DNA of 47,259 nucleotides from Paraphysomonas bandaiensis (taxonomy: Eukaryota > Protista > Chrysophyceae), in assembly GCA_965644295.1 (NCBI GenBank), contig CBFFRP010000033.1, forward strand, positions 1 to 47,259, in the 5' to 3' direction. This document shows, piece by piece, positions 1 through 12,309 of this stretch (its first letter is position 1; the number at the start of each line of letters is the position of its first letter). The translations under genes were made by a program, and so were the position numbers. The notes beneath the pieces were generated by a model that saw only the letters and a program-made list of their open reading frames with translations, was not told the DNA's origin and searched no databases.

Positions 1-4
1 GGGC

Positions 5-269
5 TATTAGGATTCAGCTTAATACATGATTGTATCTGTGAGTTATAATGTTCAATGAAATATACCATGAACTGAATTAGAGAGAGTATCTGTCGAAGAT
101 ACGTGATCGTCATCATAACGTCGTCATTATCAGTTACACTTCTAACTATTCCGTTGTGCATGATAGTACGTTCTATATTGTTATTCATAATTTTCACTCT
201 ATCGTGTTCATTACTTACACTCTAATAATCACAACATTGTTTTACTATTATAAAGATCAATTCTTTATT
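5..269 (+). repeat. 5' LTR of copia element (TATTAG...CTTTATT)
   Basis: Direct repeat of 4939-5202; inverted, diverged copy at 29441-29701. Confidence 0.95.
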
Positions 270-279
270 TGGTAGCGAG

Positions 280-1983
280 ATGTCAGTTAAAGTTACAAGT
301 TACGACTCAACCGACTCGGATTCGACAACCGACAAGCGAAAGGACTCAATGCCAAAATTCGATGCGAAGAACTTCTCCAGGTGGCAGAAGAAGTGCCGTG
401 CATGGTTCTATCGCAAGCCTAAGATCGTTTATACTCTACAGAACGATCACCCAATTGAGCCTGAAGCAGGAGAAAACTCAGATGACGAGGACTACCAGTA
501 TCGACTCGAACAGTATCAGGATGCGAAACGATATTATGATGAAGGTAATAACTACCTATGGTCAGTCATTGCAAGCTCTATCATTGGTCAGAATGAAGAG
601 GCTGAGGGGATTTTGGAGAACGTCCCCGATGGAGACGGTAAAACCGCCTGGACGGACTTGCTCAACCACTTCAAAGAAAAAACGACTAACGACGTCATCA
701 CTGATCTGATTGGCCAGTTTCAGAGCATAAAAATCAAAAAAGGTCAGTCGATAATCAACTTCCTTGACGCTGTCGAAAAGCTCCGAAACAAGCTGATTAA
801 TTATGGTCATCGGATAAGTGACCAAGATCTCATATCACGCATTCGACAAGGCCTGGTATCCAAAGAAAATATGACGTATCGTGAACTGGCGATCAACCTG
901 CAGATGCACCCTATCGATGACTACAAAACACTCATATGCAGACTACGCGGATTAGGAAGCTCGTCTGTTGGAATGCTCTTGTCAAGCAACGAAGAATCAA
1001 AAACCGACAGTATTCAGCTTGCAGCCTCAAAACCCCCATTTTTCAAAAGTAAAGTGAATTCCAAGCGCAAAAAGGGGACATCTTTCAGAAACCGTTCCAA
1101 TAAACCGAAACATGACAAGAGAGCTGACAAAGACATTAAGTGTTTCCGATGCGATGGAAAAGGACACATCGCTTCAGAATGCAAACACTCATGGGAAAGA
1201 ATCCAACAGATGAAGAATTCCTCTGGAAACAAATCAACCAGTAGGAAATTCAAAAAAGTTAGATTCCAGACCCACCAGAGCACTGAAAACGACGAATCCG
1301 ACCAGTTTGCAGATTATGAAGACAGTGGTCCACTACAACAGAAAGGACGAGACTTCGGAGGAGTCGGATATCCAACAAACGACGAAACGAACTTCGTTTT
1401 TGATCAAGAAGCCGGAATGGGGACCCTTGATTCTGGCTGCTCAGTCTCCATCACACCTGAAGCCGGATACATCACCAATTATAAGGAATGCCTCACCGAT
1501 ATTCAAACAGCTAAGTCAGGATCAACTATGACCTCTTCAGGACATGGAAGACTTGGTATTATCCCCAAGTGCAAGCACGTGGACCATGCTTCAAGGACAC
1601 TCGAATCCATCAGCCAATTAGATGACCTAGGGTATAAAATCTTGTTCGGAAACCAATCAGTTGAGATATATAAAGATGAAATACTGCTATCAAAGGGTAA
1701 GAGAGTTGGAGGCCTATATGAAATTCCGTTAACAGACCTCGGTACTCCTCTTGACGAATCCCACCTTGCTTCAACTGCTTCAGGCCCACTGCTTCAGGCC
1801 CACGATCATGGCGGACAACTAAAGAACGAGCACTCAGCAGCCTTATCGACTCTGGACTCCCACCGAATTTCTGGGAACAAGCCTCAAGGGCGACAATACA
1901 CATCAAGAACAGGTTACCGTGTCAAACAGCTAAAGGATTTATGTCTCCACTTCAGTTTATCGAAAACGAAATACCAGACTTGA
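280..1983 (+). CDS. copia Gag-protease-(pre-integrase) polyprotein; goes out of frame after ~1800
   Basis: CCHC knuckle CFRCDGKGHIASEC, aspartic protease LDSGCS, G-LY-I pre-integrase motif. Confidence 0.9.
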   Translation: MSVKVTSYDSTDSDSTTDKRKDSMPKFDAKNFSRWQKKCRAWFYRKPKIVYTLQNDHPIEPEAGENSDDEDYQYRLEQYQDAKRYYDEGNNYLWSVIASSIIGQNEEAEGILENVPDGDGKTAWTDLLNHFKEKTTNDVITDLIGQFQSIKIKKGQSIINFLDAVEKLRNKLINYGHRISDQDLISRIRQGLVSKENMTYRELAINLQMHPIDDYKTLICRLRGLGSSSVGMLLSSNEESKTDSIQLAASKPPFFKSKVNSKRKKGTSFRNRSNKPKHDKRADKDIKCFRCDGKGHIASECKHSWERIQQMKNSSGNKSTSRKFKKVRFQTHQSTENDESDQFADYEDSGPLQQKGRDFGGVGYPTNDETNFVFDQEAGMGTLDSGCSVSITPEAGYITNYKECLTDIQTAKSGSTMTSSGHGRLGIIPKCKHVDHASRTLESISQLDDLGYKILFGNQSVEIYKDEILLSKGKRVGGLYEIPLTDLGTPLDESHLASTASGPLLQAHDHGGQLKNEHSAALSTLDSHRISGNKPQGRQYTSRTGYRVKQLKDLCLHFSLSKTKYQT

Positions 1984-4738
1984 GTTACGCCAGAATATGG
2001 GGATGTAAATGCTTTGTGAATATCGATTCCAGTCTCCGAAAGAACAATTGGGACAGACATAGCTGGCCTGGGTATTTTATGGGCTATCGAGAGGATGGTC
2101 CTGGATATATAGTCTTTGTTCCCGCATTAAGAGACTTTGTTATATCAGGACATGTATTTTTCAACGAATGTGTTCCACCAGCGGATAAGAGATATTTTAA
2201 GGAGATAAATGAGATCTTCAGAGAGAATGAGACCTCCAGGACAGTAGAAAGTTTCAAATATCTCATAGGTCTAGCTCATGTAGATCCAGACGATGGATTA
2301 ACATATGTAACGACTCAAATAAAGCTCAGAAAAGGATTAATCGCAGCGTATCGTGGTCTAGTGGACGACAGCGGTGACACTGCACGACTCATCCAGCTCG
2401 ACGACCCCATTCATGCTGCAGACGTCGAAAAGTACACTGAAGAATACATAGAACTCCAAGCAGTTGGTCTCAAACGTAATACCTCTCGATCGAAAACCCC
2501 AATACATAAATCCAGCAAATCAGATCGAGACCCCGATACAGTTAATGGATCTCCAGCGCCAGCCGCTACTTCCAGGGGAAGTGGCGTGAACCTAAGACAT
2601 CATGATGCCGCGCAGGAGAGAATCAGCAGCCATCGGTGTGAACCTACCCACTCCGATGCAAAGATAGCGAAGACTCGCCCTTCGAAACAATTCAATGGGA
2701 ATCTAGTGCCGAATCCGGCACCACCCAGTCAAGTGGATCGTGTGTGTCAGCGTGTGGCCAAACGCTGTTATAAGCCTGCTGATTCATCGGGAGATTGGGA
2801 AAATCAGGGTACACCTGAAGGGCCAAGTAAGGTCCGTGCTACAGCAAAACAACAATTTTTAGCTGGTAAAAAGAGTGTTCTCCGAAGCAGGAGAATGGCC
2901 AGGAAACGGGTAATTGTAAATATACATAAACTTGGTGATGGTGTATATACATGTGATGTAAATGCTAAACATGTAGTAAATCATATGGGACATGACACAC
3001 AATGTATATCAAAATTACATACAAACAATATTGATATTGTTATGCATGCTATCAGTAATTGCGATGACATTGACGAGCTAACTGATACACCAAAGAGTGT
3101 TCAAGATGCTATTTCAGGTAAATATAAACAGCAGTGGATCGATGCTATCAACAGAGAAATATCCACTCTTCAGAGGAAAGGATGCTGGAGATACACTGCG
3201 TTACCACCTGGAGCAAGAGCCATAAAGGGGAAACTCATATTCAAAATAAAAAGAAAACAGAATGATATCAAATTCAAGGCTCGACTGGTCGCACAGGGTT
3301 TTACTCAAATCCAAGGCATCGATTATAATGATACATACAGCCCCGTCGCGAAGGCTACATCACTACGTACAATTATTGCCCTTTCGACTATTATGAAACT
3401 CAAATTGCACCAAATCGATTTCACAACTGCGTACATCAATGCTGACCTCGAAGAGGACATATATATATGCATCCCCCTCCTGGCATGGACGTCCCTGACG
3501 GAAAAGTCCTCAAACTGATGAAAAGCATCTATGGTCTAAAGCAAGCAGGTCTTAACTGGTATAAGTGCTGTACAAATTTTATGCTAGATATGGGTTTCAC
3601 CAGACTAATATCTGACCCGTGTATATTCAAAAAGCAGATTAATGGCAGGATTATGCTAATAGCCATGTATGTGGACGATATTATTATAGCATCTACATCC
3701 GACACTGATATCCAACAATTCAAAGACCATTATTTATCCAAAAAGTTCGAAATTACGGATCTCGGACTCCTAGATTATTACTTGGGCATCTCCATTCATC
3801 AAGATTTTGACAAAAATATCACGACTCTCAGTCAGGAGCAGTATGTCAGAAAACTACTGGACAAATTCAATATGTCCAACTGTAAACCCATGTCAACACC
3901 TATGTTACTGTCTTTCAACTATGATTTACATGAATACAATCATCTTTCAGAGTCAAATCAAAGTTATGTTCAGAATTTCCCCTACAAGGAGCTCATAGGT
4001 TCCCTAATGTATCTAGCTGTATGCACTCGACCGGATATCGCCTATGCAGTCAATACTCTAGCCAGATTTTCTGATATGCCTAATCTAACTACCTGTAATG
4101 CTGCGTTACATGTTCTTAGGTATCTCAAAGGCACTGCTAAGCAAGGATTAATATATTCTGGATCCCACATAACATTGTCAGGATACTGCGATAGCGATTG
4201 GGCACGATGTCACCTCACTCGACGGTCCACTACAGCTTTTACATTCTTCATAGGTAATTGTCTTATATCATGGCAATCTCGATTACAGACAACTGTGGCA
4301 TTGTCATCTACTGAAGCTGAGTATATGGCTTTATCGTCAGCAGCTCAGGAAGCATTATGGCTACGCTCTTTATTATCAGAAATTGGTTTCAAACTTCCAT
4401 TCTCAACAACTATTTGGTGCGATAATAAAGGTGCAGTCCAATTATGTTACAATCCTACTCATCATCGTCGTACGAAACATATTGCGATACGGTATCATTT
4501 CATTCGAGAAAATATTGCCGAAAATCAATTGACTGTTGACCATATTCCCACCACGTCAATGTTAGCCGATCTTCTCACGAAACCACTAGGAACAACTAAT
4601 TTTCTTCAATTGCGAACTACATTGATGGGGGGAGCTGGGTTCGACATCCCATCCAGCAGCAACAGGAAGCGATCAACAACCTCAGAGACACCTAAATCAC
4701 AATTAACAAGCCACAAGCGACCTAGGTGGCTAGTTTGA
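1803..4738 (+). pseudogene. copia Pol remainder: integrase C-terminal part, reverse transcriptase, RNase H; +2 frameshift at ~3460-3468
   Basis: SGLPPNFWEQA..KNRLP (IN), FKARLVAQGF, KSIYGLKQA, YVDDII (RT), YCDSDWA, RTKHIAIRYHFIRE, ADLLTK (RH). Confidence 0.93.
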
Positions 4739-4938
4739 GTTACACGGAGTTTTTACCATTTTTTTTTACTTTTATTCAATACATGATGCTGGACTAGAAG
4801 GATGGTCTCACAATATGGCATCTCTGCAGTTCGCTTATTATTGACTAGTGACTGCTACTCTGGTTTTTACTCTCAGTGTGCATAAGTACATATTCTCTCT
4901 ATTATCTACGGTTCACTGATTATTTCATTGAGGGGGCG

Positions 4939-5202
4939 TATTAGGATTCAGCTTAATACATGATTGTATCTGTGAGTTATAATGTTCAATGAAATATACC
5001 ATGAACTGAATTAGAGAGGTATCTGTCGAAGATACGTGATCGTCATCATAACGTCGTCATTATCAGTTACACTTCTAACTATTCCGTTGTGCATGATAGT
5101 ACGTTCTATATTGTTATTCATAATTTTCACTCTATCGTGTTCATTACTTACACTCTAATAATCACAACATTGTTTTACTATTATAAAGATCAATTCTTTA
5201 TT
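4939..5202 (+). repeat. 3' LTR of copia element
   Basis: Near-identical to 5-269; preceded by PPT. Confidence 0.95.
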
Positions 5203-6321
5203 AGGGCTGATAATGGTAATGGTAATGCCATTATAATTGCCTGGAACTGAACTACCGTTAATGGCATCCCATTAATAAAATGTACTGGTACTTGATATAT
5301 GCTATATATAGAATATAGAACTAAGTGAAATCTATACAATATGTTGAGCAATGTTCATGCAACTCTACAGCACCTTTGTGGAAACTTTCTTGATCATCAG
5401 CGGTAAACTTAATGCTATAAAAGTTAGAAAATAGTTTCCTGAGCAACAACGTAACAACGTAGCTACTCTAACCCAAAAACTCTAAAAAGCGTTAAAAATA
5501 TGCATACTTCACCTAGAAAACATCATAAAAATATTCTTTTTCCCCAAAGTTAAAAGGAGCTGCTGTACATAACTAAGCAAAATAATTATACTCTATAAGT
5601 ATACCATATATTATGCAACGATGGTGGTCAAAGAAAGCTGATGGCAGAGTAATGATCATAGTCTTCTACCGAGTGAATTCGCAGGATCACTGAGTCAGCT
5701 TTTTCGTTCGGGCTCTATGTTATTTCTCTGACACTGAGCGAGCAAACTGGCATTCCTTGATGAAAGATCTAAGGATGTTTAAGAATGGCAGTTTGCTCTC
5801 AACCGACAGCAATCACGACAACAGTGCAGGAACTGATTTTGCACAGGATGTTTTGGACAGGGCCGAGGTCACTAAGAGAGCTCGACTTGGTACCTATGAG
5901 TCCAGCTACCACTGCTTGCTTCATATCGAAGCACAATCTAATGCTGTCTATAGTCGTGCAAAGTTGATTATGTCACCTGAGTGTAGTTGCATGAATCTAT
6001 ATCGTCTAGAATCGTTGCTATTCCTACGAGCCAATTACATGATGTGAGATGCTAATGCCCTCCATGAAGCCCTGAAAGAAGATCCAGTTGTGCCAGTGGA
6101 GAGCGAGAAGTAATTACTATTCGTAGTCTGTTATTACAATTAGTAATTAAGGGTGCACTACTCTATCTATATGAGCGATATTATCTACTTAGGTATTGAT
6201 GGCCATTACTGGCCATTATAATATTATAATTGCCGGAACATTTTTCAATAATGCCATTATAATTGCCGGGAACTGGACTACCATTAATGGGCCATTAATG
6301 GTTAATGGTTAACAGGTTCTG
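5203..6321 (+). mobile_element. Degenerate non-autonomous hAT-like DNA transposon (family 1)
   Basis: 5757-6047 encodes a hAT C-terminal dimerisation-like remnant (SN...SRAKLIMSP...LESLLFLRAN). GCCATTATAATTGCC-type subterminal repeats at both ends. Related end at 42479-42547. Confidence 0.6.
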
Positions 6322-7942
6322 GTTTATTCGTATAGAACATCGCTTTCCATATTGTGGTGTTGAAGGCAGATAGCTTGCTATATAATTCAGGACTGGGGAA
6401 CAATATATTAAATACGTATAGAAACTGAATATTACAGTTTTAATATAATGATATATTGGTATTGTGTATTGCTAGCCAGAGCGGTTACAAGAAATATTTC
6501 TCTTTCATCATATCTGCCACCTGATATGCATGTGTCCCATACCTATATACTTATGTCTTATGTACATACTTGAGAAGTAGTTATAAAAAAATTAAGAAAA
6601 GCAACATCATTTATATAGCCCCAAGGAGGAAGGATGTGTATGTTGTAATATAGTTTCATTTATCCCCGGGCAATAAGGAGGCTATATGGTCCCGCGCTCA
6701 AAATTTTGAAATGAGGGGGAAGAGATGATATTCCTTATCCCTAGATTAAATTGTAGCTTATCCTCATAATGTTGAATTTCTATTATCTAGAATGTAGAGC
6801 AATTGTTGCTTGTTTGCTGTAAGAAGGAAATAAGTGTTTCCTGATTAACATTCGGAAAACCCGAATTTCAATAATTCTACAACAAATATACCCCTACTAT
6901 AAAAGAATATTGAGAGAATAGCAACTGCAAGGTATTGAAATTCGTACACAAGTGTGATGATGAATGTGAAAAATTGTAGTCGCATGAGGTTTCTTGTTGC
7001 CATTAGCATCATTATCACAATTATGTAAATACGCTTAACCTCTGTGTGTAATACGACACACATCCATCCTGAAAAGTACGACCCTGAAAGGACTGGGTGT
7101 CATTGCTCTTAAACAGCGTCATAGGTGGCATTTGAACTCTCCTGTAATATTCTTGACGGTCTACATAAATATCCCAGCATATTTCTTGTATACCCTGCGC
7201 CAATTAGCTCTAAACTGCATCAACACAATACTTGCGTGGCCCATAGGTGGTTTCCAGAAACTCCGCGCATTCGGGAATCATGCTTCGAGTTATTTCTTAT
7301 TAGAGAGAAAGTATTGTTCAGCAATATCGTACAGATTAAGTCATTTCTTTCAGGTTGATGTAAGGGCTATAAAATTTGCTTCGACATGTGTGCATTGTAG
7401 TCATTCTGTTTATCTACACTTCGTAATGTATTACTGCGCCAAATATTGGGTTTCCAAACATAGAGACTATGACGAAGAAAGTGTGGCAGGCAGATACAAA
7501 CAAGTAGGAATACAACATTAAGCCGTTATGATCCCAATATCAACAAGTACCACATAAAATGATCACAAGGCAAAGCTGCAACGAAAGGTTCGTCACATCT
7601 CCAACTCAAGTTCCTTAAATATACTCCACAACATCCATAAATTTCCTTGAACCATGAATTTATGTCACGTTTCACAGTAATTGATACAGAGCAGATATGT
7701 TAGAGTCTTGCATTATGCGAATAAAAAGCGCCACTATCACTAATAAGCAACTCACTTGATCACAATATATATCATACTGACCCAGAGTAGTTGCAACTAG
7801 CAGCTTAAAGAGAAAGAATAAAACAAAGACTAACTCTATCTGGATATCTGATGCTCACGGTGTGTACAGTGTAGATTGTTGCCCTATAGATAAAAAAGAA
7901 TACACAGTAGTAGAGTGGTCTATAATTGCAGTGAAAAAAATA

Positions 7943-7967
7943 TGGACGATGAGGGCTTCGATCCCTC

Positions 7968-8008
<41 letters not shown>

Positions 8009-8015
8009 ATCGCCC
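7943..8015 (-). tRNA. tRNA-Ala (anticodon TGC)
   Basis: 73-nt cloverleaf GGGCGAT...ATCGTCCA, G3:U70 identity pair, anticodon loop TT-TGC-AT, downstream T-run terminator. Confidence 0.96.
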
Positions 8016-8137
8016 TTGATAGGGAAGATGTCGAATATCTTTGGTAATATAAAATAATTACCGTTTTTGTTAAAATTGTAGTTTTTTTGAGATGATGGCT
8101 ACAAAAATTATAACATCAAAAATGACCAACAAAAATG

Positions 8138-8162
8138 TGGACGATGAGGGCTTCGATCCCTC

Positions 8163-8203
<41 letters not shown>

Positions 8204-8210
8204 ATCGCCC
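8138..8210 (-). tRNA. tRNA-Ala (anticodon TGC), identical second copy
   Basis: Identical to 7943-8015; T-run downstream. Confidence 0.96.
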
Positions 8211-8373
8211 TGTGTTGCCAGGATTGAACTGACTTTTCTTGGTTGAAAGAGGTGAAGTATTTGTATTATATAAAGTCATTTTATAAATTTATATTGCTTG
8301 GGAGTACATATTGTTTCAGGGCATCTACAGAGCATGTACACTTCACTGATAGAGTACTCGCAGTGCGTATAGA

Positions 8374-11300
8374 TATACCGACAACAGCATCGGAGGGGCA
8401 GCACCCACATCGGAGGGGCAGCATCCGTAGTCCCGTTTTTCTGTTCTGTACGTGAATATTAGTATGATCGAATGGGGATGGCGGGCTCTTCATATCTACA
8501 CAACCACATCCTAATAAGCGTATCTTCATATTAAAACTATTCGGAATGTACTGTTGTGTTGTTGTGCCCACTGTAGAAACTTAATTTTATCGATTTTATG
8601 CTGTAATGATGCAGGAAGTTCACCCAAATGTTGACCACAGTGGGGATCACACAATCCCATTATCATGAAGTGCTCGTTACAATCATACATCCCTAGTAGA
8701 TGAAGACTGTCCCCTGGATGATTTGTCATTAGATATCTTTTGAAGGAGCTTCAGAAAGAGCTATCAGCGGATGAGGTATACGACGAAAAGTGTTTACATG
8801 AAGCTCTTCTGCAGCAGTGCAGGGCAACTATGAAAGGAAGGATATATGCAAAGATATCCAAAGAGAATGGGGAAATGGAGGGAGAAACAAAACTAGGAGA
8901 CAAGATTTGAAGATAGGTGGCATTGAATATATATCATTATGCTTTATCATGAAGACTTTAAAGCGAACTAGAATTTAAGGACATACATACTTCCCTTGCA
9001 GTAAGTTGTAAGACGAAGTTGTTTGTGAGTATGGATTTCATGATATATACAACTAATGTGGTGTACGTTGTAGATCGCCGTAATGATATTGCATTTCGGT
9101 CAATAGTACATACTTAAATCATCGTATGCCTTATTTGCATGAACCATTTGATGTAACCTAAAACTGTAATGATGTATATTATACTTTCCGTGTAGTAAGC
9201 TATTTATGCATGTATATTGCATGATGTAACAAGTGTAATGTATGCTGTAGGCCGCTGCAATGATATTCGAATTTGTTTTTGTTAATTGCACATACTCAAA
9301 CCTTCGTATGTCACAACTATTTGTCTAACGTTATCTCGCAGCAGCAATTTTTAGCGAGCGTGTGCAAGCAAGCTAGGGACTATTCATTATAGTTTACAGA
9401 CAATCGTTTCAATATACTCATGCTAAGGTATAGCAAGTAGCTATGTAACGCTTGTAAAATGTTTATATGTGCGCGAATAATAAGACGAAAAACGGTTATA
9501 CTGCTTGCTGCATGTCCTCGTAAGCAATCTGTTTCGTGCAAGTACATGGAATTTTTATCATACTATTCCTGGGCAATTTATTTCATACATCGTTTAGATG
9601 TTTCAAAAGTTGTTTCAATTCAGATACTTTTAAAAAATGTTAGTACGCTTCTACTTAATACACTTTTTAAACTAAACATGGTTCAGCTAGAATACTTCTC
9701 ATTTGTTCATACAAAACATGTTAAAACTAAAATATTTTTCAAACAAGACATGTTACAACTAAAACACTTTTCAAACAAGACATGTTACAGCTGAAACACT
9801 TTTCAAACAAAACATGTTTCAACTAATATACTTCAAAAACGTTTAACTCAGATACTCTTCAACGATGATATGTTTCAAGGAAAACAAGAGCTTCAGCTAA
9901 TTCTCCAGCGACTGCTTCAAACTTCTGTCTTATTGCTTCAGCTCCTACTCTTTTCTTGGTCACTTTCTCAGCCTTATACTGCTCTGGAGATAAGGAATTA
10001 AACCTGTCCTTCTCTGATTACCTTCCCAACAGAGCCTAAGCCGCATTCGCATGTTTCGCCAAAGCTGCGGCATTATTTCTTTCTTCTCACCCCTCCTCCT
10101 TGCAAAATTTCTCCACTATATCAGGGGCTTAACAAGCCTTTTCCTACTTTGAAACATCTAAACGATGTATGAAATAAATTGCCCAGGAATAGTATGATAA
10201 AAATTCCATGTACTTGCACGAAACAGATTGCTTACGAGGACAGGCAGCAAGCAGTATAACCGTTTTTCGTCTTATTATTCGCGCACATATAAACATTTTA
10301 CAAGCGTTACATAGCTACTTGCTATACCTTAGCATGAGTATATTGAAACGATTGTCTGTAAACTATAATGAATAGTCCCTAGCTTGCTTGCACACGCTCG
10401 CTAGAAATTGCTGCTGCGAGATAACGTTAGACAAATAGTTGTGACATACGAAGGTTTGAGTATGTGCAATTAACAAAAACAAATTCGAATATCATTGCAG
10501 CGGCCTACAGCATACATTACACTTGTTACATCATGCAATATACATGCATAAATAGCTTACTACACGGAAAGTATAATATACATCATTACAGTTTTAGGTT
10601 ACATCAAATGGTTCATGCAAATAAGGCATACGATGATTTAAGTATGTACTATTGACCGAAATGCAATATCATTACGGCGATCTACAACGTACACCACATT
10701 AGTTGTATATATCATGAAATCCATACTCACAAACAACTTCGTCTTACAACTTACTGCAAGGGAAGTATGTATGTCCTTAAATTCTAGTTCGCTTTAAAGT
10801 CTTCATGATAAAGCATAATGATATATATTCAATGCCACCTATCTTCAAATCTTGTCTCCTAGTTTTGTTTCTCCCTCCATTTCCCCATTCTCTTTGGATA
10901 TCTTTGCATATATCCTTCCCTTCATAGTTGCCCTGCACTGCTGCAGAAGAGCTTCATGTAAACACTTTTCGTCGTATACCTCATCCGCTGATAGCTCTTT
11001 CTGAAGCTCCTTCAAAAGATATCTAATGACAAATCATCCAGGGGACAGTCTTCATCTACTAGGGATGTATGATTGTAACGAGCACTTCATGATAATGGGA
11101 TTGTGTGATCCCCACTGTGGTCAATATTTGGGTGAACTTCCTGCATCATTACAGCATAAAATCGATAAAATTAAGTTTCTACAGTGGGCACAACAACACA
11201 ACAGTACATTCCGAATAGTTTTAATATGAAGATACGCTTATTAGGATGTGGTTGTGTAGATATGAAGAGCCCGCCATCCCCATTCGATCATACTAATATT

Positions 11301-11381
11301 CACGTACAGAACAGAAAAACGGGACTACGGATGCTGCCCCTCCGATGTGGGTGCTGCCCCTCCGATGCTGTTGTCGGTATA
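8374..11381. repeat. Long inverted duplication: arms 8374-9607 and 10148-11381, ~540-bp spacer
   Basis: Arms are reverse complements with only a few substitutions; mirrored ORFs appear in the ORF track. Confidence 0.97.
9650..9880. repeat. Degenerate ~31-bp tandem repeat (ACATGTTACAACTAAAACACTTTTCAAACAA-like) in the inverted-repeat spacer
   Basis: Several recurring ACATGTT...CACTTTTCAAAC units. Confidence 0.75.
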
Positions 11382-12309
11382 CCTGCAATCGACAGGGCGA
11401 CGTTCGCCCTATTTCATCACGACATCTGATATGAATATACTCGCGAGAGAATGCTAGTTGAGATGCGCCAGATGAGCCGCCTTATCGCCCGATATGCATA
11501 TGTATAAATGATAGGACTGTGCCGTATATCCAGAGGCGCAACTGAATCACGTCAGTACTATCACTTCTAGACACCCTCGAGAACAAGCTTTGAAACAAGT
11601 GGTGCATTAGACTGCCGCCAGGGTAGGAATCTGTTTGTGTATTGCAATATTGAACTGCAAGAAGCGTTGATTTCAGAGATAGCATCGACACGATCCTGGG
11701 TGGAACTATTATTGGAAACAGTGTAGCTAATAGTTTCTAATGTTCATGTGCTGAAAACTGTGATGTTCACAAGCGGAATTCTTGTTAAGTGCAGTATATT
11801 ACAATACCATTTTTTGCTCATGTTGCAGTGGCAGAAATACAACCAATTCAACTAGTTGATTTACTTCTCATACAAAATACTTTCACTGTGATATCTCGAC
11901 GTCTGTCGCATTCACTTAGCCGTTTACCAATACACCATGTACAAGGGACATATATTGGATACTAAATGTACAAATATAAAGGACGTTTATAATTGCCTTT
12001 ACTTATCGAAGAATTGGTACCTGCTGTTTTTTCTTTTGCGAATTTATATGACTAAGCATGCTTGATCTGTAAAAAAGATGGGTAGTTGATACATTCTTTC
12101 AACGAATTTAATCTATACGATAGTACGAAATTACTAGTGTTAATTATGAATTCAGAATTGCGTCTTATGTATAGAATATACAAGGCTAAAACTTCTAAAA
12201 ATTAGGCTATATATGAGCCTTGTTACAATAGCCTATATATGACGCGTAGCAGAATGGATGATGAAAGGAATATTAATTTGAAAGAATCTTCTCAATTTCT
12301 GTGTGTACA

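Larger units (their letters stand above)
5..5202 (+). mobile_element. Ty1/copia LTR retrotransposon, recent insertion, integrase internally deleted (non-autonomous)
   Basis: LTRs at 5-269 and 4939-5202 appear to differ by a single indel. PBS-like TGGTAGCGAG at 270, PPT GAGGGGGCG at 4930-4938. Flanks GGGC (window start) and AGGGC (5203-5207) fit a 5-bp TSD. Domain order gag-PR-(IN)-RT-RH. Confidence 0.97.

Noticed and set aside
3455-3470. Programmed frameshift in copia pol
   Set aside because: It lies in the middle of RT within an (AT)n run; slippage or sequencing error is more likely.
7943-8210. tRNAs as pseudogenes or SINEs because the T-loop reads ATCG
   Set aside because: A54 occurs in eukaryotic tRNA-Ala; stems are intact, copies are identical and terminators are present.
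9650-9880. CRISPR-like array
   Set aside because: Degenerate tandem units without unique spacers; eukaryotic context and no cas genes.
8374-11381. Intact Polinton or virophage with long TIRs
   Set aside because: Spacer is only 540 bp, with no 5-6 bp TSD and no viral genes.
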